Below, piece after piece: positions 1 through 13,629 of a stretch of DNA of 64,000 nt. The stretch covers positions 7,089-71,088 of the forward strand of contig CT868071.1 of the NCBI GenBank assembly GCA_000165425.1, in the 5' to 3' direction. The first letter of the stretch is position 1; each line of letters opens with the position of its first letter. Source of the stretch: Paramecium tetraurelia. Lineage: Eukaryota. The notes beneath the pieces are model-generated. The model ran no database searches and was not told the DNA's origin. It worked only from the letters and a program-made list of their open reading frames with translations. A program made the translations under genes and the position numbers.

Positions 1-50
1 GAAAATACCACTGAGACATTTCGCCACAAGCGTGGTCGAGTCCCGTCTAA

Positions 51-3000
51 GTGATTAATGAACTTCAACAGAAGGTGGAAACTGAGGTGCCACAACTTTA
101 AGGTCAATTAAGTGAAGCTTAGGAGAAATTGAAAGATGCACAAAAGGATGCAGAATTGTGGAATAAAAAGTATCATGAATTGCTAGAGAGCAAATAAACT
201 TAAGTTCAGAACATTCTTGCTCCAGAAGAGATTGAAAAATTAAGCTCTGAAGAAGCCAAGAACGCTCTAACATAATTGAACAAGTAATATTCAGATAAAG
301 CTCAAGAGAATAAAGAATTAGAGATGGTTGTTTAACACCTTCGATAAGATTTGGATTCTTCACAAGAGAAAGTATAACAGCAAGCTAAAGAAGCACAATA
401 AGAAAAATCTGTACTTGAGTAATAAACTTAACTCCTTAATAACTAACTCAAAGATTTAGTGGCCAAGGAGGAAGTTCAAAGACAAGAAATCTTGGATTTG
501 AAAAATAAATTGGATTAAGAGAATGCTGACTTTTGGAAGAAGTAATATTAGTAATTGTCAGAAAAGCAACCTGAAATTAGTTCAACATAGGCAGGAGATT
601 TACAAGAACAACAAGTATCTTAACAAGAAAGAGAAGTAAAACCTAAGGAAATTTTGAATGAAGAAGTTGAATTACTTAAAATTAAATTAGAGAAATTAAA
701 TGATATGTAAAAAGAAAATGAAGAATTGGAAGCATAACAGATATTAATTTAAGATGAATTACTCAAAACTAAGTAACAGTTAAATGAATAAATTGCAATA
801 ATAAATCTAAAAGCCTTAAGGTAATGATCAACAGATTCAATTCTAAACAGATCCTGAAAAAGTCTTATAAATCAGCTCACTCTAGGCAGAATGTGTGAAT
901 CTTAAGAAACAAATATAGGATGTTGAATAGTAGAGAAAGGATGATCTAAAATCTTTTGAGAAAATGCTTGGAGAAGGAGTCAATGAAACTTAAGTTATTG
1001 GTTTGACTTCTGATAAATAGTAACTCTAATCTGATTTAAGACAATTACAAAATAAATGTGATCAATTGTAGTAAGAACAAATCGCATTGTAGAATTAATT
1101 ACTTTAGAAGAACAAATAAATTGTGGATTTACAAGATGAAACCAAACAAAGCGAGAAGGAAGAACAAATTCGAGGAAAGGATAACGAAATTAAACTCTTG
1201 GAACAACAAGTACAAACAGCTAAAGATCAATATTAGGAGCTTTTAGACTTATAATAATAGAACTTAACTCCTGGAGGATAAAAGGAGAAGATATTACAAT
1301 AAACCAAAGAAATACATGATTAAGAAGAAGTGATTAATGAACTTCAACAGAAGGTGGAAACTGAGGTGCCACAACTTTAAGGTCAATTAAGTGAAGCTTA
1401 GGAGAAATTGAAAGATGCACAAAAGGATGCAGAATTGTGGAATAAAAAGTATCATGAATTGCTAGAGAGCAAATAAACTTAAGTTCAGAACATTCTTGCT
1501 CCAGAAGAGATTGAAAAATTAAGCTCTGAAGAAGCCAAGAACGCTCTAACATAATTGAACAAGTAATATTCAGATAAAGCTCAAGAGAATAAAGAATTAG
1601 AGATGGTTGTTTAACACCTTCGATAAGATTTGGATTCTTCACAAGAGAAAGTATAACAGCAAGCTAAAGAAGCACAATAAGAAAAATCTGTACTTGAGTA
1701 ATAAACTTAACTCCTTAATAACTAACTCAAAGATTTAGTGGCCAAGGAGGAAGTTCAAAGACAAGAAATCTTGGATTTGAAAAATAAATTGGATTAAGAG
1801 AATGCTGACTTTTGGAAGAAGTAATATTAGTAATTGTCAGAAAAGCAACCTGAAATTAGTTCAACATAGGCAGGAGATTTACAAGAACAACAAGTATCTT
1901 AACAAGAAAGAGAAGTAAAACCTAAGGAAAATTTTGAATGAAGAAGTTGAATTACTTAAAATTAAATTAAGAGAAATTAAATTGATATGTAAAAAGAAAA
2001 TGAAGAATTGAAAGCATAACAGATATTAATTTAAGATGAATTACTCAAAACTAAGTAACAGTTAAAATGAATAATTGCAATAATAAATCTAAAAGCCTTA
2101 AGGTAATGATCAACAGATTCAATTCTAAACAGATCCTGAAAAAGTCTTATAAATCAGCTCACTCTAGGCAGAATGTGTGAATCTTAAGAAACAAATATAG
2201 GATGTTGAATAGTAGAGAAAGGATGATCTAAAATCTTTTGAGAAAATGCTTGGAGAAGGAGTCAATGAAACTTAAGTTATTGGTTTGACTTCTGATAAAT
2301 AGTAACTCTAATCTGATTTAAGACAATTACAAAATAAATGTGATCAATTGTAGTAAGAACAAATCGCATTGTAGAATTAATTACTTTAGAAGAACAAATA
2401 AATTGTGGATTTACAAGATGAAACCAAACAAAGCGAGAAGGAAGAACAAATTCGAGGAAAGGATAACGAAATTAAACTCTTGGAACAACAAGTACAAACA
2501 GCTAAAGATCAATATTAGGAGCTTTTAGAACTTATAATAATAGAACTTAACTCCTGGAGGATAAAAGGAGAAGATATTACAATAAACCAAAGAAATACAT
2601 GATTAAGAAGAAGTGATTAATGAACTTCAACAGAAGGTGGAAACTGAGGTGCCACAACTTTAAGGTCAATTAAGTGAAGCTTAGGAGAAATTGAAAGATG
2701 CACAAAAGGATGCAGAATTGTGGAATAAAAAGTATCATGAATTGCTAGAGAGCAAATAAACTTAAGTTCAGAACATTCTTGCCTCCAGAAGAGATTGAAA
2801 AATTAAGCTCTGAAGAAGCCAAGAACGCTCTAACATAATTGAACAAGTAATATTCAGATAAAGCTCAAGAGAATAAAGAATTAGAGATGGTTGTTTAACA
2901 CCTTCGATAAGATTTGGATTCTTCACAAGAGAAAGTATAACAGCAAGCTAAAGAAGCACAATAAGAAAAATCTGTACTTGAGTAATAAACTTAACTCCTT

Positions 3001-6000
3001 AATAACTAACTCAAAGATTTAGTGGCCAAGGAGGAAGTTCAAAGACAAGAAATCTTGGATTTGAAAAATAAATTGGATTAAGAGAATGCTGACTTTTGGA
3101 AGAAGTAATATTAGTAATTGTCAGAAAAGCAACCTGAAATTAGTTCAACATAGGCAGGAGATTTACAAGAACAACAAGTATCTTAACAAGAAAGAGAAGT
3201 AAAACCTAAGGAAATTTTGAATGAAGAAGTTGAATTACTTAAAATTAAATTAGAGAAATTAAATGATATGTAAAAAGAAAATGAAGAATTGAAAGCATAA
3301 CAGATATTAATTTAAGATGAATTACTCAAAACTAAGTAACAGTTAAAATGAATAATTGCAATAATAAATCTAAGAGCCTTAAGGTAATGATCAACAGATT
3401 CAATTCTAAACAGATCCTGAAAAAGTCTTATAAATCAGCTCACTCTAGGCAGAATGTGTGAATCTTAAGAAACAAATATAGGATGTTGAATAGTAGAGAA
3501 AGGATGATCTAAAATCTTTTGAGAAAATGCTTGGAGAAGGAGTCAATGAAACTTAAGTTATTGGTTTGACTTCTGATAAATAGTAACTCTAATCTGATTT
3601 AAGACAATTACAAAATAAATGTGATCAATTGTAGTAAGAGCAAATCGCATTGTAGAATTAATTACTTTAGAAGAACAAATAAATTGTGGATTTACAAGAT
3701 GAAACCAAACAAAGCGAGAGGGAAGCACAAATTCGAGGAAAGGATATCGAAATTAAACTCTTGGAACAACAAGTACAAACAGCTAAAGATCAATATTAGG
3801 AGCTTTTAGAACTTATAATAATAGAACTTAACTCCTGGAGGATAAAAGGAGAAGATATTACAATAAACCAAAGAAATACATGATTAAGAAGAAGTGATTA
3901 ATGAACTTCAACAGAAGGTGGAAACTGAGGTGCCACAACTTTTAAGGGTCAATTAAGTGAAGGCTTAGGAGAAATTGAAAAGATGCACAAAAGGATGCAG
4001 AATTGTGGAATAAAAAAAGTATCATGAATTGCTAGAGAGCAAATAAACTTAAGTTCAGAACATTCTTGCTCCAGAAGAGATTGAAAAATTAAGCTCTGAA
4101 GAAGCCAAGAACGCTCTAACATAATTGAACAAGTAATATTCAGATAAAGCTCAAGAGAATAAAGAATTAGAGATGGTTGTTTAACACCTTCGATAAGATT
4201 TGGATTCTTCACAAGAGAAAGTATAACAGCAAGCTAAAGAAGCACAATAAGAAAAATCTGTACTTGAGTAATAAACTTAACTCCTTAATAACTAACTCAA
4301 AGATTTAGTGGCCAAGGAGGAAGTTCAAAGACAAGAAATCTTGGATTTGAAAAATAAATTGGATTAAGAGAATGCTGACTTTTGGAAGAAGTAATATTAG
4401 TAATTGTCAGAAAAGCAACCTGAAATTAGTTCAACATAGGCAGGAGATTTACAAGAACAACAAGTATCTTAACAAGAAAGAGAAGTAAAACCTAAGGAAA
4501 TTTTGAATGAAGAAGTTGAATTACTTAAAATTAAATTAGAGAAATTAAATGATATGTAAAAAGAAAATGAAGAATTGAAAGCATAACAGATATTAATTTA
4601 AGATGAATTACTCAAAACTAAGTAACAGTTAAATGAATAATTGCAATAATAAATCTAAAAGCCTTAAGGTAATGATCAACAGATTCAATTCTAAACAGAT
4701 CCTGAAAAAGTCTTATAAATCAGCTCACTCTAGGCAGAATGTGTGAATCTTAAGAAACAAATATAGGATGTTGAATAGTAGAGAAAGGATGATCTAAAAT
4801 CTTTTGAGAAAATGCTTGGAGAAGGAGTCAATGAAACTTAAGTTATTGGTTCTGATCTTCGTGATAAATAGTAACTCTAATCTGATTTAAGACAATTACA
4901 AAATAAATGTGATCAATTGTAGTAAGAACAAATCGCATTGTAGAATTAATTACTTTAGAAGAACAAATAAATTGTGGATTTACAAGATGAAACCAAACAA
5001 AGCGAGAAGGAAGAACAAATTCGAGGAAAGGATAACGAAATTAAACTCTTGGAACAACAAGTACAAACAGCTAAAGATCAATATTAGGAGCTTTTAGACT
5101 TATAATAATAGAACTTAACTCCTGGAGGATAAAAGGAGAAGATATTACAATAAACCAAAGAAATACATGATTAAGAAGAAGTGATTAATGAACTTCAACA
5201 GAAGGTGGAAACTGAGGTGCCACAACTTTAAGGTCAATTAAGTGAAGCTTAGGAGAAATTGAAAGATGCACAAAAGGATGCAGAATTGTGGAATAAAAAG
5301 TATCATGAATTGCTAGAGAGCAAATAAACTTAAGTTCAGAACATTCTTGCTCCAGAAGAGATTGAAAAATTAAGCTCTGAAGAAGCCAAGAACGCTCTAA
5401 CATAATTGAACAAGTAATATTCAGATAAAGCTCAAGAGAATAAAGAATTAGAGATGGTTGTTTAACACCTTCGATAAGATTTGGATTCTTCACAAGAGAA
5501 AGTATAACAGCAAGCTAAAGAAGCACAATAAGAAAAATCTGTACTTGAGTAATAAACTTAACTCCTTAATAACTAACTCAAAGATTTAGTGGCCAAGGAG
5601 GAAGTTCAAAGACAAGAAATCTTGGATTTGAAAAATAAATTGGATTAAGAGAATGCTGACTTTTGGAAGAAGTAATATTAGTAATTGTCAGAAAAGCAAC
5701 CCTGAAATTAGTTCAACATAGGCAGGAGATTTACAAGAACAACAAGTATCTTAACCAAGAAAGAGAAGTAAAACCTAAGGAAATTTTTGAATGAAGAAGT
5801 TGAATTACTTAAAATTAAATTAAGAGAAATTAAATGATATGTAAAAAGAAAATGAAGAATTGAAAGCATAACAGATATTAATTTAAGATGAATTACTCAA
5901 AACTAAGTAACAGTTAAATGAATAATTGCAATAATAAATCTAAAAGCCTTAAGGTAATGATCAACAGATTCAATTCTAAACAGATCCTGAAAAAGTCTTA

Positions 6001-6730
6001 TAAATCAGCTCACTCTAGGCAGAATGTGTGAATCTTAAGAAACAAATATAGGATGTTGAATAGTAGAGAAAGGATGATCTAAAATCTTTTGAGAAAATGC
6101 TTGGAGAAGGAGTCAATGAAACTTAAGTTATTTGGTTATTGGCTTACTCATGGAATAGTAACTCTAATCTGATTTAAGACAATTACAAAATAAATTGTGA
6201 TCAATTGTAGTAAGAACAAATCGCATTGTAGAATTAATTACTTTAGAAGAACAAATAAATTGTGGATTTACAAGATGAAACCAAACAAAGCGAGAAGGAA
6301 GAACAAATTCGAGGAAAGGATAACGAAATTAAACTCTTGGAACAACAAGTACAAACAGCTAAAGATCAATATTAGGAGCTTTTAGACTTATAATAATAGA
6401 ACTTAACTCCTGGAGGATAAAAGGAGAAGATATTACAATAAACCAAAGAAATACATGATTAAGAAGAAGTGATTAATGAACTTCAACAGAAGGTGGAAAC
6501 TGAGGTGCCACAACTTTAAGGTCAATTAAGTGAAGCTTAGGAGAAATTGAAAGATGCACAAAAGGATGCAGAATTGTGGAATAAAAAGTATCATGAATTG
6601 CTAGAGAGCAAATAAACTTAAGTTCAGAACATTCTTGCTCCAGAAGAGATTGAAAAATTAAGCTCTGAAGAAGCCAAAAACGCTCTTACATAATTGAACA
6701 AGTAATATTCAGATAAAGCTCAAGAGAATA
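51..6730 (+). repeat. Tandem array of about 1,278-bp coding repeats: 5 full copies plus a partial 6th
   Basis: The unit start GTGATTAATGAACTTCAACAG recurs at 51, 1330, 2613, 3894, 5181 and 6469 (spacings 1279, 1283, 1281, 1287, 1288). Removing homopolymer insertions gives 1,278 bp = 426 codons. Confidence 0.97.
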
Positions 6731-9700
6731 GAGAATTTGAATAAATAATTAAAGATCAATAATCATCTTTATTTTCGAAATAATAAGAAATCGATTAATT
6801 ATAGTTTAAAGTTGATTAAGCTACTCAGATTTCTAATATTTAAAAATTATAGCTATAAAATACTGCAGATGATTACACTAATTAAATAGATTAACTAAAA
6901 TAATTTATTTAAGATCTTAAATCATAAATTGATGAGCATAATCCTGCATTTTGGAAATCATCCTACTAGAAGTTATTAGAAGAAACAAGATAGTTAAATT
7001 AAACTATTCCACAACAAGATATCCAGAAGCAAGAATCTTATATTTTGCCTAATCCGCCTTCCTAAACTCTATTATAAGATTATTAATTGTTGAAATAATA
7101 ATACGAAGATTTATATTAGGCTAAACTTTTACTTTAGCAAGAATTATTAATTGCATAAAATCGTATCTCATAGCTATTAAGTGAATAAATACATAAACCT
7201 GTAGGTTAAGAAGAGCCAATTTAATTTTCAACCGATCCTTAAAAAGCCTTAGCTGTATTACAATTAGAATAGAAAATCTAATTATTAATCCACTAACTTT
7301 CTGAAATTGAAAAATTAAGAAATGATGATTTACAGAAGTTTAAAGATATGATTGGAAATGGTGTGAATGAAAGTACTGTTGCAACTCTTATGCAAGAAAA
7401 GTAATCATTATAATCTCAAATAATAAAATTCAAAGCTTAGATTGACTAGAACTAATAAGAGTAAATTGCAATTTAAAACTAATTAATTTCAAAAACACTT
7501 TAATTAATTGAATTGTAAGAAAACATCAAGCAGGATATATCTTAATAGAAAATAATACAATTGCAGGATGAAAATAATTTACTTCAACAAGAATTATAAA
7601 AAGCCAAAAAATCTTACCAGGAATTACTTGAGTTACAATCAGAAAATCTAACACCAAATGGTTTAAAAGAAAAAATTTTAAATTAATAAAAACACATTCA
7701 TGATTTAGAGGAATAAATTTTAATATCTTAATAAAAAAATGAGAATGAGCTATCATCATTAGTAGGATAATTAAGTGAAGCAAAATAAAAATTAAAAGAT
7801 TCCTTAACTGATAGTGAATTATGGAACAAAAAATACCATGATTTACTTGAAAGTCGTTAAAATCTTCCAACATTAGAAATTGAAGATTTACAAAAAAAAT
7901 TATTAGAATCCCAATAAAATACAGAAAAGGAAAAGGAAAAATATACTAATTTATTATAAGAACAGTATTCTTAACTTTCACCTACTTCTTCTTAAGCTAA
8001 ACTTTTGTAAGCATTAGATTAAATTAATTAATTAAAACTCTAGTTGGAAATCAATAAAGCTTAAGAGATTTATTCGGAGCCTCAATAATAGATTGATACT
8101 TTGCAAGAGGAAATTGAAAATTTAAGAAAAAATATTGAAAATTTAGAAAAAATAAATTAAATAAGCAATGAATAAATTGAATATTTAAAAGAGTAACTAT
8201 AAAAAAAGGAGATAAATTAGCCAAATTAACAATTTTTAACTGATAGTTAGGAATTGTTATAAATCTAAGAATAAAATATCATGTATTAATCTCAAATTAA
8301 TTAATAACAATAAGAATTGCAAGAAGCATTAAATCTAATTAAACAGCAATAAGATAAAGTTTTGGATGCTTAAAAAGATCAATAAAAAGCAGAATTTTGG
8401 AAAAAATAATATACAGATTTGTTATCTGAAAAGTATCCTTAAGAAAAATCTATTTAAATATAAGAATAAAAAGAGTAATAGGTTAGGGAAGTACCTTTAC
8501 TATAAGAAAATAAATAAATATAATAACTTGAGAATTAGATAAATTAATTGTAATCGGATAAGGTCTATCTCTCTTAATAATTGATAGACATTTAAAATAA
8601 GTTCAATAATACAATCCAACCAAATTAATAATAAGAATCTATAAGTACCCGTCAAAATGATCATATTCACAGTTTAGAAAAATAAATCGAAGAATTATAG
8701 AGAGAAAGTAGAAAGTAAGCTTATTTAAATTATTTTTAGTGTTATTGTATAAATGAGAGAAGCCCTAAATGGAAACGATTTGTAAAAATAAATAGCTGAT
8801 CTTTTAGAAATTAATAGCACTCTAAAATTAAATAATTCAAAATTATTGATTGACTTAGAAATAAATTAAAAAGAATTAATAAGGTAGTAATAGTAGGTTT
8901 AAATTTTAAACGATACTGTTAATGATCTCTAAGATCCTACAGTTGCTGAAAATACAAAATTACGCGTTTCAGATTTAGAGAAATAAATTGATTTAATTGG
9001 ATAACAAGTCGATTTCTGGAAACAAAAATATCAATAAGTTTTAAATGAGTATAGTCAATAATTATCTCCCACAAGTATTTAAAATAAAATGTTAGAGTAA
9101 ACAAAATTAATTCATGATCAGGAAGAAGCATTAATGCTTTTATAAAAAACAAAAGATTAATCAAAATTAGAAAGTGATTTGGAAATTAATAATCTAAAAT
9201 TGTAAATTAAAGAACTTTAAGAGGAAAATTTAGTTTTGAAAAAGAAATTATAAGATTATTAAAATTAAACTTAATAATTATCAATCTAAAGAGTTATATC
9301 ACAAGGAGAAAATGAGCTATAGGTGTAATATTGGAAGGATAAATATTAAGAAGCATTAGAAGCTTTATATAAAGATCCTGAGCATGTACAAGAAATAATT
9401 AAACAAAAAGAAGAAGTTGCTTAAACTTTATATTTTGATAAAGATTCACAGTCTATTCATGATTTTGAATCTGATTTGATCGAAAAATTGAGAAGTGAAA
9501 ATTAAACATTTTAAGGAGAGGTCACATTTTATAAAAAAAGAGTTTATGAATTAGAATAATAATAAAAAATTGAGCCTAGCTAATAAGATACTGTGCAATC
9601 TAGATAATATCAAATTTCTTAACTTGAAAAAGACCTATAGAAAGCTATTTCAAATTGTGCTTATTGGGAATAAAAGTATAATGAAATAGCCTAACAGAGC

Positions 9701-10828
9701 ATCAAAATTGAAACTTAAAAATATGGAGGTGACCCCACCTAAACAGCAACTTTTTGGAGACAAAAATATGATTAAGTTGAGCTAAATAGATAACAGCTGA
9801 TTCAAGTAATTGCTGAAAAAGAAGAATAGTTAGAATTAAATATGTAATCATTTTAGCAAATTCTTAAAGATGAATTGAAGGAAGAACTTACTAAAATAAG
9901 AACTTAAGAGAGAGAAAAAATGGAATAATAATTTTAACAAAATTATCCCTAGAGTGAGTCAGTTTTAATATAAAAATTAAAGGATTCTCATGAGGTTGAA
10001 AAAGAGTAGCTTATTTAAGAATTTCTAAGAAGAATTGATTAACTTTTACAGAGTAATGTATAAAAGTATCCTGAAGGAGAAAATTGGAAAGAATTGATTT
10101 TAAGATATGAAAAATAAAGATAAAATGAGCTCTATGAACTAAGACAGCACTTGTAAATTTTATAAAGATCATAAATATCTACCAAAGATATAGAATTTTA
10201 TGCTGAAAGAAGAGCATACGAAAACACAATTAATGAATTAAGAGCTAGAATATCTTAAGAAGATCCTTAAGAACTATATGACACCATTGAATATTAAAGA
10301 AAAGTGATTTTAGATTATGAAAATCAAATCTCATTTTTATAAAATGAGCGAACAAACCTAGAAATGCATATTATGTAACTAAATTAGTAAATTGATCAAT
10401 TAAAGGACAACATTTCAAAATTCTAAATATAATAAGATCATAGAAAAAGGCAAAGAGCTGAAGTGCTGGAAGCTATAGAAGAAATGAAACGAGAAAGAGC
10501 GGCTGATAGAGATTCTTTTAAATCTCCTTACAGACAAATGAGACAAAGTTAAAGAAGAACATCTTGGGACAGATATCCAAAAGACTTTTTAAGGCCTTCG
10601 AATATTTAACAACCGTCTCCTTATTAACATTAAAGCTCACCTATGCAAAAAATTCCATTCTAATAATCCTAATTTATATCTCCTAAATAGGAAAATAGAG
10701 AAATAAATTTAAAATTATAGGAATTAGATGAAGTTAAATATAAGTACTAGTCAGCTTTGAATAATATTTTATAACTTGAAACCTAGGTGATAGAGAAACT
10801 TCAGCAAGATGATTTGTAAATTGAATGA
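51..10828 (+). CDS. Giant Gln/Glu/Lys-rich coiled-coil protein with 426-aa tandem repeats (5' end outside the window; >3,500 aa)
   Basis: In the ciliate code the repeat consensus is open with no TGA (VINELQQKVETEVPQLQGQLSEAQEKLKDAQKDAELWNKKYHELL...). The frame at 6469 matches the frame at 8701. A 25-nt GT-AG intron lies at 8715-8739 and the TGA at 10826-10828 is in frame. Indels inside the repeat copies break the frame locally and are probably sequence errors. Confidence 0.85.
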
Positions 10829-11313
10829 AATTTTTATTAAATATTATTATTTGAATTTAATTTAACTATTTTTGTAAAGTATTTGAATTTTCATAAACAA
10901 AATAAATTTTCTTTAAATTTAAATTTCTTTATTTATATTAGGCCTATAAAAAGATTAATTATTTTGAAAACAAATTAAAGAATATTAAATAAGAATTAAG
11001 ATAAAAGGTTGATTCAGTATTATTTAATCATATATCTAAATTTTAATTATAACCTTAATGAAAGCAGCCATTTGGAAATATAAATATAATTTGAAAGAAA
11101 AATACATAATGGAAAAAAATAGGAGCTTCTATATTTTTCTTTGTTTAAGATATCTTATAATAAATTCTATTCAATCATTTAACTTAGATATATCAATTTA
11201 TTAAATGAAAAGCCTATATTAAATTAACCAATTTTCATCTATATTATACAACTTAAAATCCTTTATTGGTTTCTTTTTAATGATACATTTTGATTTTTCA
11301 AAAACAACATGAT

Positions 11314-11582
11314 TGATAGGAGGAGTAAAAAATAAATTCAGCTTTGTAAGAAGAAATTCTCTTGACTCAAATTTCATAACTGTGAATATTGAGGGGTGCC
11401 AGATGATATTTTTATCATGTTTAAAAAACCTAGTAAAAGAATTCTCAGAAAACTATTCTTGGTTCAATTCGAAAAACTAAACAGGACCAAAGATCTTAAA
11501 CCTAACTTGGATTTCTGATGAACTAACTGCCCAATAAAAGAGTTTTATTAATATTTTGTACAAAGAATTTGAACTATTTTGA
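11314..11582 (+). CDS. Possible short hypothetical protein or gene remnant (start unresolved)
   Basis: An open stretch reads ...NKFSFVRRNSLDSNFITVNIEGCQMIFLSCLKNLVKEFSENYSWFNSK...ILYKEFELF-TGA. No in-frame start or recognisable domain was established. Confidence 0.25.
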
Positions 11583-11866
11583 TTAGAATGAATTTAAAAT
11601 TATAATAAATAAAAACTATTATCAAATCGAACATTCATTCTTATTTAAAGAAACAATATTTGCTTTTTCTCTATTATTTGTTGATGTTAATTATGTAATA
11701 GTCCTTTCAAAGGGTATGGAAACACAAAAATTTAGAAGCGTACTCTTCAAAGTAGACAAGAATATTGGAAATTCAAAATGAAGATTTTTGTTTGAATCAT
11801 TATGAGTTGACTTTCAATTAGTTTATTTGATTTATTTATTTGGTATATTTTAATAACAATATCATA

Positions 11867-12816
11867 TCACAACTTTTACAACTTTTCGTTGATAAATGCT
11901 TAACCAGAAGCAAAATTGCCAATGTATTGAAATAATTAAGCTTCTTCAACTTGACTAAAAACAATTTCTGACTCATTTCTTATCAAATCTATTTGATTCA
12001 ATGTAGACAAAAGTTTTCTACCGAATTCTTAATCGCCAGGCTCATTTCCAGCCTAAAATAATTTATTTTTCATACAATAATTTTTTCCAAATAAGAAAGT
12101 ATTTTTTCAATATTTTTGATATTTTCTTAGACTAATAATTGTGGGTTTGATGTATTTACGATTTTGAAATCTTTCTACTATAAATTAGAGGCTAAGAATG
12201 GCCATGCTTATAATAAATTTTCATCTGAGAATGAAATCTTTATTGGCATAGTATTAAAGGATGCCACTGCTGCATAGTGCTTTAAAGATTGATTCAGTTT
12301 AAAAGCCTAGCTATTTTAGTGAATGTACTTTCATTTCTATCTTGTTAGTACTTAATGTTGGATTAACTTTAAGAATTATAGGTTAACCTAATACTGCAGT
12401 AGCATTGAATCCATTCTCTTTTTTACTGAATTCAGTTGAAAGATAAGCAACGCCTATGTCTAATGATAAATTTTTAGTTGTAACAAATCCTCCTAATAAG
12501 ACTTCTTATGGATTTGCTTATAAATGGCTTAAGTATAAGTCTTTTGCATCACCAAAATCAAATGTATACTCCTAAAGATTCATGCAAAAAATACATTAGT
12601 TTCATCACCTGGGTCAACTAATAGTGCAAAACATTCAGTTATATGAACTTTATTAGTATAGACTGTTCCTAATAATGCACCACCAACTATTGTCTCTTCT
12701 TATCTTGAAGCACCAAATTTTCTGTAATGCAAGTCTAATATTTAGACTATCACAAGGGGATGTATATCAATTTCAAAGTTTATGTTGCAACACAAATCAA
12801 CTGTTTCTTGTGCCAT
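11867..12816 (-). CDS. EIF3F: Translation initiation factor 3 subunit F-like (non-catalytic MPN/Mov34 protein)
   Basis: N-terminus MAQETVDL...IHPLVIVQILDLHYRK...GALLGTVYTNKVHITECF; C-terminus GRKLLSTL...YIGNFASGQAFINEKLQKL-TGA fits the eIF3f pattern. Contains short introns. Confidence 0.75.
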
Positions 12817-13620
12817 AAATTAAATTATTTTATGAAATTAGAGTAATAAATATCATAGTAGAACAGAAGATTTTAGTTAGGGAATAAGAAATAAAAGTAA
12901 GGAGAAGCTGTTTTCGATAATATGATGGAGGATTCCATTTAACTTTATATTATCTCTTCTTCACTTTTTTTAAGCTAGCATCAAAATAGAGAAATCTGCC
13001 AACTTAGCCCTTTAATAAATCTTACATAAAATAATTACAATACAAATGCCTTTTTAAAAAAATTACTGCAAACTAAATGCAAGATGCTTGAATAAATTAT
13101 CTTCTAAAAATAATGAAGACTAATTTAGGTTTTAAAGTCTAATATTTTTTTATTTGCATACTACTTTAAAATGTAAAATAATTAAAATTATGTCTTTATG
13201 CGTGCTGGTTTTATTGTAAAAAGACTTTTATTTGTTTTTGTAAATATCATATTAAGAAAATATTAGAAGGCTTCATTCTATAATTTTGAATTTATTTATT
13301 CGAATAAATGAGCTAAACATTTGATAAAAAAGAAATAGTTTAATCTCTTGAGAAATTATAGTTTACTATAAATGATAGTAACACCATAATTTGTTTTTTT
13401 TTGGCTAAAAATTTTATTTTAATACAAAATATTGGTTTTACACATATGGGCTATTAAACTGGGGAAAATTACTATTATTTATATTTGGTTTTATAAGAAT
13501 CTACAATCTTAAGTTAATATTGCCCAAAATATTAAAAAAAACGGTTTTAGCCAAATTCAAGTTTTGTGAACTTATTAAATATCATTTTAAATGACTATTT
13601 TTAAAAATTGTTTAATGAAT

Positions 13621-13626
13621 AAAAAA
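13621..13626 (-). terminator. RNA polymerase III terminator (T6) downstream of tRNA-Glu
   Basis: Six T on the minus strand, 3 nt after the tRNA discriminator base. Confidence 0.75.
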
Positions 13627-13629
13627 TTT

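Noticed and set aside
1..50. GC-rich first 50 nt that do not match the repeat unit
   Set aside because: It starts like a garbled version of the expected repeat sequence and sits at the window edge. Most likely a low-quality contig end; not telomeric and not interpretable.
55..6385. Repeated 102-aa minus-strand and 62-aa plus-strand ORFs in the supplied track, suggesting a tandem two-gene cassette
   Set aside because: They are antisense or off-frame shadows of the giant ORF, visible only because the track treats TAA/TAG as stops.
51..6730. Repeat array as a transposon, satellite or CRISPR array
   Set aside because: There are no terminal repeats, transposase or RT motifs, or repeat-spacer structure. 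The unit is a multiple of three and reads in frame into unique coding sequence.
51..10828. Identity with the Sfi1-like centrin-binding protein PtCenBP1, which I recall also has large near-perfect internal repeats of similar size
   Set aside because: Sfi1-type proteins have closely spaced L-x3-F-x2-W repeats, whereas this protein has only two Trp per 426 aa, in a different motif. A BLAST search is needed to exclude it fully.
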